64,000 nt of DNA from Octopus vulgaris (lineage: Eukaryota): the NCBI GenBank assembly GCA_951406725.2, contig OX597815.1, positions 140,554,001 to 140,618,000 on the forward strand. Reading direction: 5' to 3'. Of this stretch, positions 41,540 to 54,605 are shown piece after piece (positions within the stretch are counted from its first letter, which is position 1; the number at the start of each line of letters is the position of its first letter). The position numbers and the translations under genes were made by a program. Under the pieces are notes generated by a model. The model had not been told where the DNA came from and searched no databases. It saw only the letters and a list, made by a program, of their open reading frames with translations.

Positions 41540-41922
41540 CAAAGACATAGAATTTAATTAAATTAGAAGGACACATTAGTATAATTGTATCCAAAATCTC
41601 CAAGAGGATAAGGAGATAGATAAAGAACATGTTTTACCAACATCATAGTTGTAACTAAAATATTTTTCCTAGAAGACACTGCCTGTCACAGATTTTCCTG
41701 TTATTTAGTTTTATTACGGGGTCAGTTTTAATTTATAGACTAGTTTATCAAACCCTTTGTATATTTAAGGATGAGAGTAGACAGAGGGTAGTATCTGTTT
41801 GAGGTAGAGTTGGGGACTAGATAGACATTCAAAATGGTATAGTCATAAAATCAAGATTTATTTGAAGCGAAGTCATGGGTAAGAGAATACTTACAACAAG
41901 ATGTTAGCTGACAATTAAGGGA

Positions 41923-41926
41923 TATA

Positions 41927-42005
<79 letters not shown>
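41923..42005. repeat. (TA)n microsatellite between two back-to-back hammerhead-bearing fragments
   Basis: Directly visible. Confidence 0.97.
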
Positions 42006-42008
<3 letters not shown>

Positions 42009-42730
42009 GGATGTTCAATATTAATAACTATTTCTTCATGCTTAAGGCTCAAACATAAAGCAAATTGTAGTTCTTATCTAGCAAGATTGGAAAACTGAAA
42101 GAAAGCGGAATCTAATTTAGCTTTAATTGGAATATTATAAGAAAGCGCAGGTAGCCTTATAGATACTCGATACAGGTGCAAGCTGTGCTCTGTGGAAACG
42201 TATGAGATTTTTAAGTATAGGGACAAAAGCAACCTGATTAATAATAGATTAGACCTAAAGGTATCATGCGTACATAGTGTCAGTTAAATATTTTCGAAAT
42301 TAGCGTTTATAGGTGTCGTATCTGATGTAAACTTACCTCCTTGTATTATGTATAATAAAATCATTCTAAACAGACACAGTCCTCTAGCCTTAGATCTTGT
42401 AGCTGCTAAAAAGACTAATAAATTAAAAATGAGCCACAATCCTTTACATGCTTTATATGCCCAACAAACTCCATAAAGTTCTTGGAAGTGTAGTATATTC
42501 TTAGCTACAGTAGTGACAACATTGACTCTTTCCATCTTCTAACTCTATTAGAGCTTTTGAGTAAAATTATATTAATATGTCCGACTGATTAATAATTCTA
42601 TTCGTTTATTTATGCAGCTGAGGATAGCCTTGCATTTAAATTGATGTAATGGCTGCATTATTCAATTAAATGGAGCCACTTGAAAAGGTCGTACAACATC
42701 TGCTCTTGATATCCAGTTGCTTATTTTGAT
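42006..42730 (+). mobile_element. Penelope-like 3' fragment (GIY-YIG C-terminus + tail with hammerhead)
   Basis: Frameshifted translation LRLKHKANCSS/LSSKIGKLKESG…FNWNIIRK…YRCKLCSVETYEIFKYRDKSNLINNRLDLKVSCVH matches the PLE endonuclease C-terminus pattern (…STxLSxxIWxLK…W…RCxLC…LLNxR…CRH). Confidence 0.8.
42613..42698 (+). ncRNA. Hammerhead motif, long-helix-II family (decayed)
   Basis: TGCAG-CTGAGGA-…GCATTTAAATTGATGTAATG gctg CATTAtTCAATTAAATGGAGcc…-GAAA-AGGTCG-TA-CAACA. It is followed by gatatc…gttgcttattttgat, shared with the 41448 copy. Confidence 0.65.
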
Positions 42731-43099
42731 ATATATACATACAAGTATGAAGGACGTAACTTCCCCATAAGGCATTATTTATAACAATCCAGATAAAAAT
42801 TGGTGTTATTAAATATCTTGAAATAAAAGCCAGGCTGAAACATATCTAGGAATAATTTTGGTAATTTTTTTGTTGATCCGGTTCTTTTATATCTTGAATC
42901 TAATATGTATTACATTTTTCATTCCGATACAAATGAATTTAACCAAGTATCCACTATATATTTTCTTCTCCATTTTCTTTCTTCAACTTTACACACACAC
43001 ACTCACATGAAACATATATAACTTATATGCATGTGCACAAAGACGGAAGCAGAAACCTACTAACCTGTAACAAATATATTTGTGCGGTTTTGCAGGCAG

Positions 43100-45450
43100 T
43101 TTGAACCTCGAACTCATGAAACGATTGTAACGTTTCTGACAAAATATTTGTTATACTTTGATTGTTATAGCAAATATATTTGTAACAATTATAACAATCA
43201 AGGCCTTGATCTTTCAAGAACCCGCCACTTGTAATAACCATTTAGTTCCATTAGGTTTCAGATATGTTTTGATAGTACGAAGTATCAAAACCTTCCCGGC
43301 CTAGTTCTGTAGTATGCCAACAGATAGTAGCACACGGTTGTGTGCGCAGTGAGAGCTTGCAGTGACCTTCATGGGAGAGTGAGGCGATGCGAAATTAGTG
43401 TCTTTGTGATTACGTATATGCTGTAGTCTACAATTTCTGTCATAGATAAGACGTTGGAATATAGAGCCAATGTGAAAGTTTGCGTTACCTTTGAGGAGTC
43501 TGCTACAGAGACATTGAGCATGCCTCGGCAAGCTTACGGCAACGAGGCAATGGCGCCTCAAATATGGAAGAACGTCTCTGGATGACGGTAAGCGACTGGA
43601 AAGACCTGCCACAAAGGTCACCATTGGAAATATGGAAGCAATTCATGAACTTGTGTATGAGGATCATCAGAAGATAATCAACGACGTTTTGAAGAGTTTG
43701 AAGGAGGACATTCAGCGAAAGCGACTGTATCTGCGGAGCACGAAGAACTGGATTCTTCATGACGACAAAGCACTCTGTCACTGAGGTTCCTCACTCATTA
43801 CTTTCTCGCCAAAAGCAACATGGTGTCACTTCCGCATACGCCATATTCGCCAGGTTTAGCACATATGGACTTTTAACTCTTCTCCAAGAGGAAAATGCTG
43901 CTCAAAGGTCGCTGTTTTATCAACGTTGTCGAGATCAAGGACGAAACGCAGAAAGTCGTCGAATCACGAAAAACGACTTCCAGGCTGGATTCCAAAAGTG
44001 GAAGGAATGATGAAATCAGTGTATTGCGGCGCAAGGTGACTCTTTTGAAGGAGATGATGTTAAAACTTAGGTAAACATGTTATTTCATATTAGAAATAAC
44101 TAGTCCCTGAACATTTTGATACCACCTCGTATTGTGGAATTTCCCTTGTCGATAAGTCTTAAGGATGCAATACGAGTTATAACGCATTAGTATAAATCCC
44201 CTTGAAACATGCAATATTTCTTTCCAGCTCTCTGGTTTTGCATGGTTGAGATAACCTGGGTTTAATACACACTGGAATTCATGTTATATGCTCGAGCTAA
44301 ACGTGAAGTATATATAACTTTGCATTGAGATGAGAGCTTTCATGTTGAAAGAGGTGTTACAGAAAAGGTTTCTGTACTTATGATTTACTGGAAATTCCTA
44401 AGTTGTATATATAGGAATTTCTTACGTTGATTTTAACCTTTAAGAATAAAAAGGTTAAGAAAAAGTGGTTGTACGTTCAAAATGATTTTACGTCTATTTT
44501 TGTATTTGAAGTTTGTAATATTTAGCTATATGGATCGCAGGGAATATTCTTCTTGAAACTTGGCCTCTGTTACTGTAAGTAGCCACTTAATTAAAGTTTT
44601 AGTAAGACGAGGAAAGACGAGACGTTCTGATTATATAAAAGATTAAGTTTTTGGACCACCTAATGGAGTAGCAGAATAGTTTGTTAATATACGTTCACTT
44701 CTAATTTGGTGTATGAAAGCTTATGGAAAGCGTAGATGTGCTTGATTCTGAAGTAGCCAGCGATGCATCTTAGGAGATAGCGTCAGTTAAGTTAATAGTT
44801 CTAATAATTCTTAGCCTGAAGCTCTTGATAGTGACCTTGACTATTTGTCTAAAATGTTTTCTATAGTGTAGATATCTGAAATGTGTAATAATATAAGCCG
44901 GTGTCTTGGTAAAGATCAAAAAAGGAATTAGTAGAGTTGTTTTAACGAGGGCTAGTATATACACCTCGACTATATTGCAATGTTTAGCGAAAAGCAGAAT
45001 TTTACGTGCATTCATAATTATCTCAGTACCTCGTTCACCAATAATGACATGTATACTGACATATTTTATGACCTTAACTCCCATATACAGTTGTGTGCTT
45101 GTTCCTAATGTATTTGGAGCAGTTGAGAATTGCGCTACTCTTAGCCAAATGCCGATGCGCATCTACCTTTCTTTACTTGTTATTTCCCTCTCAAGTGATA
45201 TTCTAAAGTTATGAATACTTCTCGTTTAGCTAATCATTCTTTTTCCTAATATTCATACTTATTTTTTCTCATTTTGTTCTTTCACAGATAGTACAAAAAC
45301 TTCTAGCAGTTGTTTTTATTTTAAATTTTTTTAGTTACTTACCGAGCAATAATTTTCTACTTCATAGAAGGTTTTCGTCTTGCTTGAAATTACAGATTTA
45401 TTATTTGAGACTTGTTGGAATAGAGACCACCTTATTGATGCAATATTTAA
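43100..45450 (-). mobile_element. Decayed Penelope-like element (RT, linker, GIY-YIG) interrupted by a mariner
   Basis: Minus-strand fragments KYVSIHVIIGERGTEIIMNARKILLF (RT), NRRKII…KKFLY…FPVNHKYRNLF (linker) and LRLIDKGNST|ILSKHI*NL…KWRVLERSRP (GIY-YIG). The reading frame rejoins across the mariner. Outer boundaries are approximate. Confidence 0.7.
43278..44129 (+). mobile_element. Mariner (DD34D-type) transposon, internally deleted, with TIRs and TA target duplication
   Basis: Left TA-CGAAGTATCAAAACCTTCCCGGCCTAGT; right end reverse complement TA-CGAGGTGGTATCAAAATGTTCAGGGACTAGT. Transposase pieces LEYRANVKVCVTFEESATETLSMPRQAYGNEAM (HTH), WILHDDKA and PHTPYSPGLAHMDF-like. Confidence 0.9.
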
Positions 45451-45589
45451 TTCTCTTTCATGCACTGGACGAAAGGTGATAAATTAGAATAAAAGGTATG
45501 AACATGTAGAATTTTCTGGCACCCTTGACGAGCATTCACAAGGCTATCGAAGCACGTTAAAGAATTGATTCGCCATTGCAGACAATAAC

Positions 45590-45755
45590 TAAAGCTGGCT
45601 CTATTCCACAGGCGTCTACTTAGTTTCTATCATCATATTCTAATTTCAAACCATTGGAAAATATTTTTGCCCGAGTTACTGCGCAGTATAATCGAATCTA
45701 GAACAACTTGGTTGCAAAGCTAACCTCTTAGTAACACGATTTTACCTACACCTAC
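45590..45755 (-). mobile_element. Degraded SINE family A-like head
   Basis: Reverse reads aggtgtagg…tttgcaaccaagttgttctagattcgattatactgcgcagtaactcgggcaaaaat, similar to the family A head. Confidence 0.55.
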
Positions 45756-46911
45756 TTAAATTTCTTTAGTTTGTTGGTAGTTATTACCGTTCTGATAATG
45801 GAAGCATTGGACAAACAGTGTATATTTATTTGTGAAAGTAACTTCTGTGAAGACGTTTTAAGTTTGTGATACAACCTTCAGATGGTCTTTTAGCTCGACA
45901 CATTAATTCCTATGAGCTGTTATGTGGGCAGTAATTATGTTACTGCGGCTGTCTTTTGGTAGTCGGTTTCACTTGTTCCTGGGTGTGCTGCTAATTATAT
46001 TGTCTTTAGTTATCTGTTCGGCGATAATTTACATACAATTTTAACTAACGATTACTTTTTTTATTACAGAGTTTGTGATAATTATAGTTGGTGATAAAAT
46101 ATTTTCTAATCAACGCTTGGAAATTCCGAGCTACATTAAGAATTCATGTTTATCATCAGTCTGCACGTTTTTAGAAAGGTCATTTTCGTTGCTTTTTCTA
46201 ATTTTAATTCATAAAAAAGACGTTAAACTAAAGACTGATTCGGATTTTGGTTTTCCTTGATTGTAAATTTGCCAGATGGTTCTGGTACCTAATTTAGTTC
46301 CTCTCATTTTAGTTTAGTCAGCAGAGAGTAACTGCGCCCATGAAATTTTCAAAAGCTCCCAACCGAACTACACTGACGCAGAAGATGTTCGTTTGAGCAG
46401 CTGTGCAATTGCATAATCGTGATTGCTGCCATTTATGCTCCAGCTAGTGCAAGTTCCCACGATCGAGGAAAGTATGGAAGTATCGGTATTTCTTCGATAT
46501 AGATTGATACTCCAACCACTACCAGTTCGATTATCCATATGACAGGAGAAGACAGCTAAGCAATGAAGTATTGTTTCCCTTTTTTCATGTGAAGGAAAGA
46601 AATACAGCAGCTACTGTGATCAAAAGAAGACTGATACTTCTTTTCAAATGCCTAAAACTGGCTGTAGGCTGTGCACTTAGAAAAAAGAAAGAACTGATTA
46701 TCACAGCTGTTTTTTCTTCTCTCAATTTATTTTTCTCTAGCCTTCATCTTGCAGAGCGTCTTCACAAAACACCACAACACTGTAGCTAAGTCACACTCAC
46801 TCAGCCTAAGAAACCCTAGCTACTGTTCTTTTAAACAGATGTTCTGACGGGAACCCTAAGTACAGCCTATAAAAGTTGTCGTACTGCATTGCACTCATTA
46901 ACCGTCTAGAG

Positions 46912-47253
46912 CAAAGATTCTCATCGTGAGCGCTACCTCCCCACTTTAGGGGGCGGTGAGGTAAGATAATTAACATACTAAATTTTACCCGTAGTAATAA
47001 TTACCCGCATGTCGAAATAAACAGAAGAGAATAATAAACACGCAATGCCAAACAAGTCTGCATGCTGCGTCTGATACCCTATTACGCAACTTTGCTGCAG
47101 TTTGCTTCTTTAAGTAAAATTTTGAAGTTATCATCCATTTTCAGTTAGTTTAATCGTGATACTCCACTTGCCACTTAGGTGGGTGCTAGGCATAACAGCT
47201 GCTTAAAAAGGAGCACTACAAAGAAAAAAAAATGAAAAGGTTATGAGCCATTG
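46912..47253. mobile_element. hAT (Charlie-like) MITE with 8-bp target-site duplication
   Basis: Flanks GTCTAGAG (46904-46911) and GTCAAGAG (47254-47261) are 7/8 identical and fit the NTCTAGAN Charlie target. Degenerate TIRs CAAAGATTCTCATC / reverse complement CAATGGCTCATAACC. Confidence 0.65.
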
Positions 47254-48499
47254 GTCAAGAGTATTTCTCTGTTCCTACACATTATTTTTAGTTATAGACT
47301 TCGTTTTCTTCATCTTTTTTGATGGCTCTAGTCCATGAGTTTCTAGTAATCACCCTCACTACGAACCAAGAGTGTAGCGGTGCCTATTTAGTGGACAAGA
47401 ATCGGATAACAATTCTTCGATTGCATTTTATTAGTAGAACTAAGAACGACCTAAAACACATACACACGGACACAGATACAAACACAGATACACACAAACT
47501 TACGTGCACACATACACTCACAAACTTACGTGCACATATAACACATATAAGCACAGAAACACAGGAGCAATAAAAATCGCCAGGAAACCTCATGTGAAAT
47601 TTCAGTCTTGAGCAGCTTAAAGAAAAACACTATAACTAAAATGATCAGAACCAAGTGACTGAGTGACATGAATGAGCAAAAAATGTATCTGTCAATGATA
47701 GAGAGTAATATCTCCCGGAGAATGTTTTAATGTTAAGCAAATGTATGCTACACTTTTAGTAACCTAATTTTTCTCAGTATTTCTAAGTCGCCATGGTATA
47801 CATGCAAAAACAATTCGTCACTCTAATTGATGGATATTGTTTGCATACTGCCACGTTTCCCCCAACATTCACAGATAGGATGACTTCTTAAGTATACCGA
47901 GATAATGGCTGACGCCTCTGCCATGCAATAGGTTGTATTTCACTAAATTACCTGTAGAGTTCACATAGCGACCTTCAATATAAACGCAGAAAGCGTATAT
48001 GTGTGTTTGCGTGCCTGTACATATTAATGAGTGTGTTCCTGTGTGTATGTGTTCTTGTGTATGTTAACGTATATGCGTTTATGAGATTTTCCTGTATTAA
48101 GTCAAACCCTCATTCAATGAATTTTCGTAATCCATTGTTAACTAAGTTCCTCAGTACTTAGTCACGATATAAATGAGAATTTAATCCGACAGATGGATAA
48201 TGAAGAAATTCTTACAATTACGTACCATGACAATTCAATCTACGTTTTCAGAGTTCCAATTGATTGATTACCAACTTTTCTAAATCACACCTTACTTATT
48301 CATACTCATCAAAAGGTTTTAGCATTTTATAAAGTTTCTTCTCCTAATTTCTCGATTAGAAATTGTTGCTTCTATAATAACAAGTCAACAATGACAAGAG
48401 CGTATGTACGTATGCATATATATATGTATGTATGTATTTATTTATTTATGTACGTGTGTTTGTGTGTGCTTGTGCGTCTGTGTCTGTGTGTTTGTATGC

Positions 48500-48542
<43 letters not shown>

Positions 48543-48777
48543 TGAAAAATATATAGTAAATGCACAAACAAAAATAGAAACAGAATAGCAAGTTAAAAAT
48601 AAGTGGAAAAATTTACATATATATAAAATTTACATATAATATTTTGATAAGCATAACAAATGCGCAACCGGTAAAAAGAACTTTCACCTAATTAAATTAC
48701 TTAAATTACTTCAATTATTTGTCAGCATTTTCTTCATTTCCTTTTTTATATATCACCACTCGTGTTCGACATCTCCT

Positions 48778-48816
<39 letters not shown>

Positions 48817-49386
48817 TACAGAACTCGGCGTGGGGGAATATATATGTAAAAATTTACAATCAACAATACCACACTAGTAATTGTAGAACTCTACACTTGG
48901 GGATAAACGGATTTATACTTGAAATATATACACATGCACACATGTACACACGCTCACACACACATACATATATGCACACATATATATACGCACAAACACA
49001 CATACATATATATATACAAACATACATATACACACACATATATATATACGCACACACAAACATGCGCACACAAACACAAACAGAAACACATACAAACACA
49101 TACACACATATGTATATATATTCGCATATGCGTATATACAGTGTTCTGTTAATGACAGGGTAGCGTTCTAGTTTTTCTTTTCCTTATCACAGCTTTAGTA
49201 TCTTACAGTTCGTTCAAAACAATTAGCTATCTATACTGGCGTTCAACGTTTCTAGACATACACGGTATTTAGGAATTTTATTGTAACAAACTGAAAAATA
49301 TAAAATAAAAACTGATACGAAAATATGAAAAATTGGATATATGAAATTTAAAACTTGAGCATAATTGCGTGTTAAGTAAAAGACAT

Positions 49387-49426
<40 letters not shown>

Positions 49427-50197
49427 CATCTCTTACTTTTATCTTTCGTTGGAATGCGGTAATGGTGCGGCACAAACTTGGAGAGTTAAGCCTTACGAAA
49501 TAAGAAGCGATCGCAACATTTACACTTTTAGATTTTAGTATTTATTCTAGTACTTTTGTAAAGTTAGTAACTGCCGGGCACGTAAACAAACAACACCAGT
49601 TATCAAGCGGTGTGGAGACAAACAGAAAGACGCGTGCGAGCACACACAGAAACAAGCATACACGCATATACATATTCGAAGGGGCTCTGATCAATTTCTA
49701 TCCACATGCAAGTTATTGCTGGTGCAGGACTATTGCAGTGGGTAATCTACAAATGGGTCATGTTGTGAGATCAAACTGGAAACGACGTGGTTACCACGCA
49801 GTTTTCTTAACTAAACAACAATAACTGTGTCTATTTTCCCCTCTGCGTTTTTACTTCTCAAAATTTCATTGTCTAGTGCACACATATACCTGCTGGGGTT
49901 GACCTCAAGCGAACGTAGATATAGTATTAGAGACTGCATTTATTAATGTGATTTCATTTTTAATATGGCAAGGTGTTATTTAATGGACATTTAGCTGTAA
50001 TATCGGATTTTCCCATTGGCCTGTTGTAAAATAATGTGATTGAAATGTCAATTTTAATGGCTGGAATGTTAATCTTTAGGAATAGATTATCCCAGCTTTG
50101 GGTATTTATCGGATATTTTAATCTGTTTAAAGAAGTTACAAAGACAGACAGTGTATACCTGGGGTTGCTTTGTGTGAAGAATCTGAAGATGATATCA

Positions 50198-50236
<39 letters not shown>

Positions 50237-50347
50237 AATACATACAAGGATTCATACACCCACGCACAAACACATACATAAATACACACGGGTGTACGCA
50301 CGCACACACACACAGATACATGTAAAGGCACATATATAAGTGTATAC

Positions 50348-50401
<54 letters not shown>

Positions 50402-50577
50402 ATATATGTGTGGTTAGGATTTAGCATGCTAAGTGTGTAAGACGATTGATAGGCCCATTAGTGGCAAGAAAATCTCGATAAAGTACATTATGGTTTTGCT
50501 ATGAGTAGGTGTTTGTGTATATGTGTGTACGCATACACACACACACATATATGTATGTATGCATGCATGTATGTATA

Positions 50578-50649
<72 letters not shown>

Positions 50650-50904
50650 CTTACATGTGTATGTATAAATGCATATATATGCTTCTGCGCTACCAGTGCA
50701 TATGTATTTCTATATATATGTCTGTGTTTGCTTAATGTTTAATGGAGAGACTATTAAGGAAAGGAATTAAATGAAGCTTCTTCGGAAATGTTTTAGCTTG
50801 ATTCATGGTTAAAGTGTATCTAGTCGTAGAGATCAACCATTGTCCTCAAATACGGTAGAGGATTTAAGTTTAAGGAATAGAAATATTTTACGCATAATAA
50901 ACAA

Positions 50905-50953
<49 letters not shown>

Positions 50954-51643
50954 GCTTTTGTTCGTGTTACTGTTGTTGTTGTTGTTGTTATTGCAGAAGC
51001 AATAATAATAAAAAAAGAGGAAATATGGAATATAGATTGACGCTTATATTAATGCATCCATTCGTATATGCACGCACATATAACACATATACGAATATGA
51101 TACATACGTACATATTGATATATCACATGTACATATTCGCTTCCATAAAATATGCATAGACAAACAGATATAAATGTTAATTTATCTCCACGTAAGTGTG
51201 TATAAGTCATAGTGAAACGAGAAACATCGCGATAATAGGATATTTAATAAAATAAACTATGTATACTACACTCTGGAATAGTATTTGCCCAAGTTTCCTT
51301 CACAATCTTTCGTCCAAAGATAGCGTAATCGATAAATCCCGCTTTGGACATAAATTGGCCTTGTGCCTTCACATAAGATGTGATGTTTTCCTAAATAAAC
51401 GGAGATCAAGTTAGAACAGCTGATACACTTTACTAGGTGACTATAGATTGAGATAGACTAGCGCATGTTGTTATTAGGGAACTGTAACTGGCAATGATGT
51501 CTAACATAACTGTAAACAATAATTATTTTATGGCAATTTTCTGACAGATAAATAAATAATATATTCCACCATATTTGAACAGAAGCCAAGTTCTTTGTGC
51601 CGTTGTCTGTTCTACTAAACAGTTCTTTATGGTCAATTTCATT

Positions 51644-51756
<113 letters not shown>

Positions 51757-51802
51757 GTATAACTATATATATGTTTATGCATAAACATGCATATATAGAT
51801 AT

Positions 51803-51859
<57 letters not shown>

Positions 51860-52401
51860 GTAAGCGTACACATGTACATACATACCTACGTATATAAATA
51901 AATATATGCGAGCCTGTGAGTGTTTGTATTGCAAGAATCACATTATTTTCCTCTTTATGGGGTCTCTCCTCCTCACACACACACACACACACTGTCACTC
52001 ACAAACGCACACGCGCATACATATGTACATACAGACATACGTGAACAGAGTGATCGATTAAACAATTACCAGACTGCAATTCGGTACTATTATGGAAGAC
52101 ATTGAGGGTGATAATTTTTAACTGAAACAAGTCTAAGAGTATATGTTGTTATATGGACATAACTGGTTTCTTTTTAAACGGAATATTATTCCTCATCGAT
52201 TAGATTTAGAAATAAATGTCGTTGACATATCTAAAAATTACTGCTCATAAAAAGTTTGGTAATTTATCATATTTTTATTAGACATTACCCTAAATTTAGA
52301 ATCACACAAATACTCAGTATTAAGGAGGAAAATTAAAAGTTTAACTACATGAATATAGCTTCAAACAAACTAGCGACTGAAATGAATATTTTAGGAGCAA
52401 C

Positions 52402-52958
52402 AAAGCGGCGAGGTGGCAGAATCGATAGCGTAATGGGCAAAATGCTTTGTAACATTTCGTCTTTCTTTGCGTTCTGAGTTCAAATACTGCGGACGTTGAC
52501 GTCGACTTTCATTCTTTCCAGTTCGATAAAAAGACTACCAGTCGAATACTGGGGTCGAAGTAATCGACTTATAGCCACCCTCGAACTTGCTGGCCTTGTG
52601 CTAAAATTTGAAGTCAGTACTACTGGGAACAACATTCGTATAAATCTGTGCAATACTACATCGTAAATAACTTCCTTCAAGTAAAAAGCTCCTTATTTCT
52701 ACGAATTATTAAAACACGGGACTATAACAGTAGACTAATTTCATAAACAGTAATATAATTTTTAAAACTTTGACACAAGGCCAGCAATTTCGAAGATGAG
52801 TCGATTACATCGACCCCGGTGTTTAACTCGTACTTATTTTATCGACCCCGAGAGGTCCAATAGCAAAGTGGACCTCGGTAGAATTTCAGCTCAGAATATT
52901 AAGACGGACTAAATGCGTTTTGCCCGGCGTGCTAATGATTCTGCTAGCTGGTCGCCTT
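52402..52958. mobile_element. Two SINE family B copies tail-to-tail (+ 52402-52615; - ~52755-52958)
   Basis: aaagcggcgaggtggcagaatcgatagc…ggccttgtgctaaaatttgaa, then the reverse copy acacaaggccagc…gctaatgattctgctagctggtcgcctt. Confidence 0.85.
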
Positions 52959-52967
52959 TCATAAAGC

Positions 52968-53028
<61 letters not shown>

Positions 53029-53045
53029 TAATAATAATAATAATA

Positions 53046-54172
53046 TGAATGACTTAATGCTAAAGCTCGTGGAAAATCACGAGAGACGAAAGAAGCTTCA
53101 TTCTATCATAAAGGAAAGCAAATAATTTGCTATTGATCTCGTGCAGGATACCCAAACTGAACAACTCGAGGGAAGTACGGCGACTATTGTTGCAAACAAG
53201 GTGAAAATAATGGCAACGAAAAAAGCGCATGAGCAATTGGCTGATAGGTGGGAGGAGAAACTTTTGCACGGCAAATATGTGGCCCGCAGCAAATAAGCTG
53301 ATGTTGACCAGAAGCAAACCCATCAGTGGCTACGGAGCTTAGGGCTAAAGGCAGAGAGCGAAGGTTTCATCCTGGCTGCTCAAGATCAAAGCCTATTAAC
53401 CCGGAACTACCAGGCCAATGTGATGAAAAATGGAGCAGACCCAAAATGCCGATTCTGCAACGACATGATTGAAACAGTGGACCACCTAATCTCTGGATGT
53501 AAAGTCTTAGCACCAGTGGAGTATAAATTAAGACATGACAGAGTTGGCCAATATCTACACTGGCTAATAAGTCGGCATTACAATATCAAAACTGCCGGCA
53601 AGTGGTATAATCACCACCCTGAAGCTGTAACTGAAGGAGAAAATGTAACGACTCTGTGGGACTTTCCAGTACATACAGACCGAACCATCAAAGCCAATAA
53701 ACCAGATATTGTTGTGAAAGACCAAAACAATAAAGTTTGCTTATTGATCGACAAGAGCATCCCCTGTGATCATAATATCTCGGCGAAAGAGTTTGACAAG
53801 CTCAGAAAATATAAAGACCTACTCATTGAAATTGAGAAAATGTGGCATCTCAAAGCGGTTACAATACCAGTGATCGTAGGAGCACTAGGAATGATCAAGA
53901 AGGGAACCGAAAATTATATGAGAATGATCCCTGGCTTACCATTCCTGCAAGAAGTGCAAAAGATTGTCTTAACTGGTAAATCACACGTATGGAGAAGAGC
54001 ATTGTCGATGTGAGAACTATTACTACCCATGTATTTTAATTTAACTTAAAAAAAAAATGAACGAACTATTGAGTTTAGTTTAATGGCCTACCAATGTATA
54101 CTATGAGTTTCTTTGCCCTAGGAGTCGGGGAGACACTCGGCTTGAAATGGAAGCAAATTTGAAAGAAAAAAA
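53046..54172 (+). mobile_element. 5'-truncated R4/Dong-clade non-LTR retrotransposon (CCHC knuckle + restriction-like endonuclease + 3'UTR) in a (TAA)n array
   Basis: LKAESEGFILAAQDQSLLTRNY…CRFC-x7-H-x4-C…RHDRV…KPDIVV…LID…KLRKYKDL…PVIVGALG; two in-frame stops upstream. (AAT)n at 52969-53045 and A-tail/(AAT)n at ~54165-54188. Confidence 0.92.
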
Positions 54173-54223
54173 ATAATAATAATAATAAAAACCTAGACAC
54201 GGAAAATAGGAAATGTTAAACCT

Positions 54224-54605
54224 AGGTGCAGGCGTGACTGTATGGTAGGAATTTTGCTTTCCAACCACATGTTTCGGGTTCAGTATCACTGCGTGGCACC
54301 TTGGGCAAATGTATTCTAGTATTGCCTCGGGCCGATCATCAGAGCCTTGTGAGTGTATCTGGTAGATGGAAACTGAAAGAAGCCCGTCGTATACACACAC
54401 ACATATATATATGTATAGATATGTGTGTTCTTTGTGTCCGTATTGTCGTGTTTACGGCCCCGGAACAAGGCGGTTTTGGCAATAGCACCAGGTTGAAAGT
54501 AAAGTAAACGTACTGGAGTATAATCATTCGACCAAAATTTCCTCCAGATGGAGCTCCAGCATGGCCACAGTCTAATAACTGAAACAGGTGGAAGATAAAA
54601 GATAA
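54224..54605 (+). mobile_element. SINE family A
   Basis: aggtgcaggcgtgactgtatggtagg…ggaaactgaaagaagcccgtcgtat…gctccagcatggccacagtctaataactgaaaca. Confidence 0.87.
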
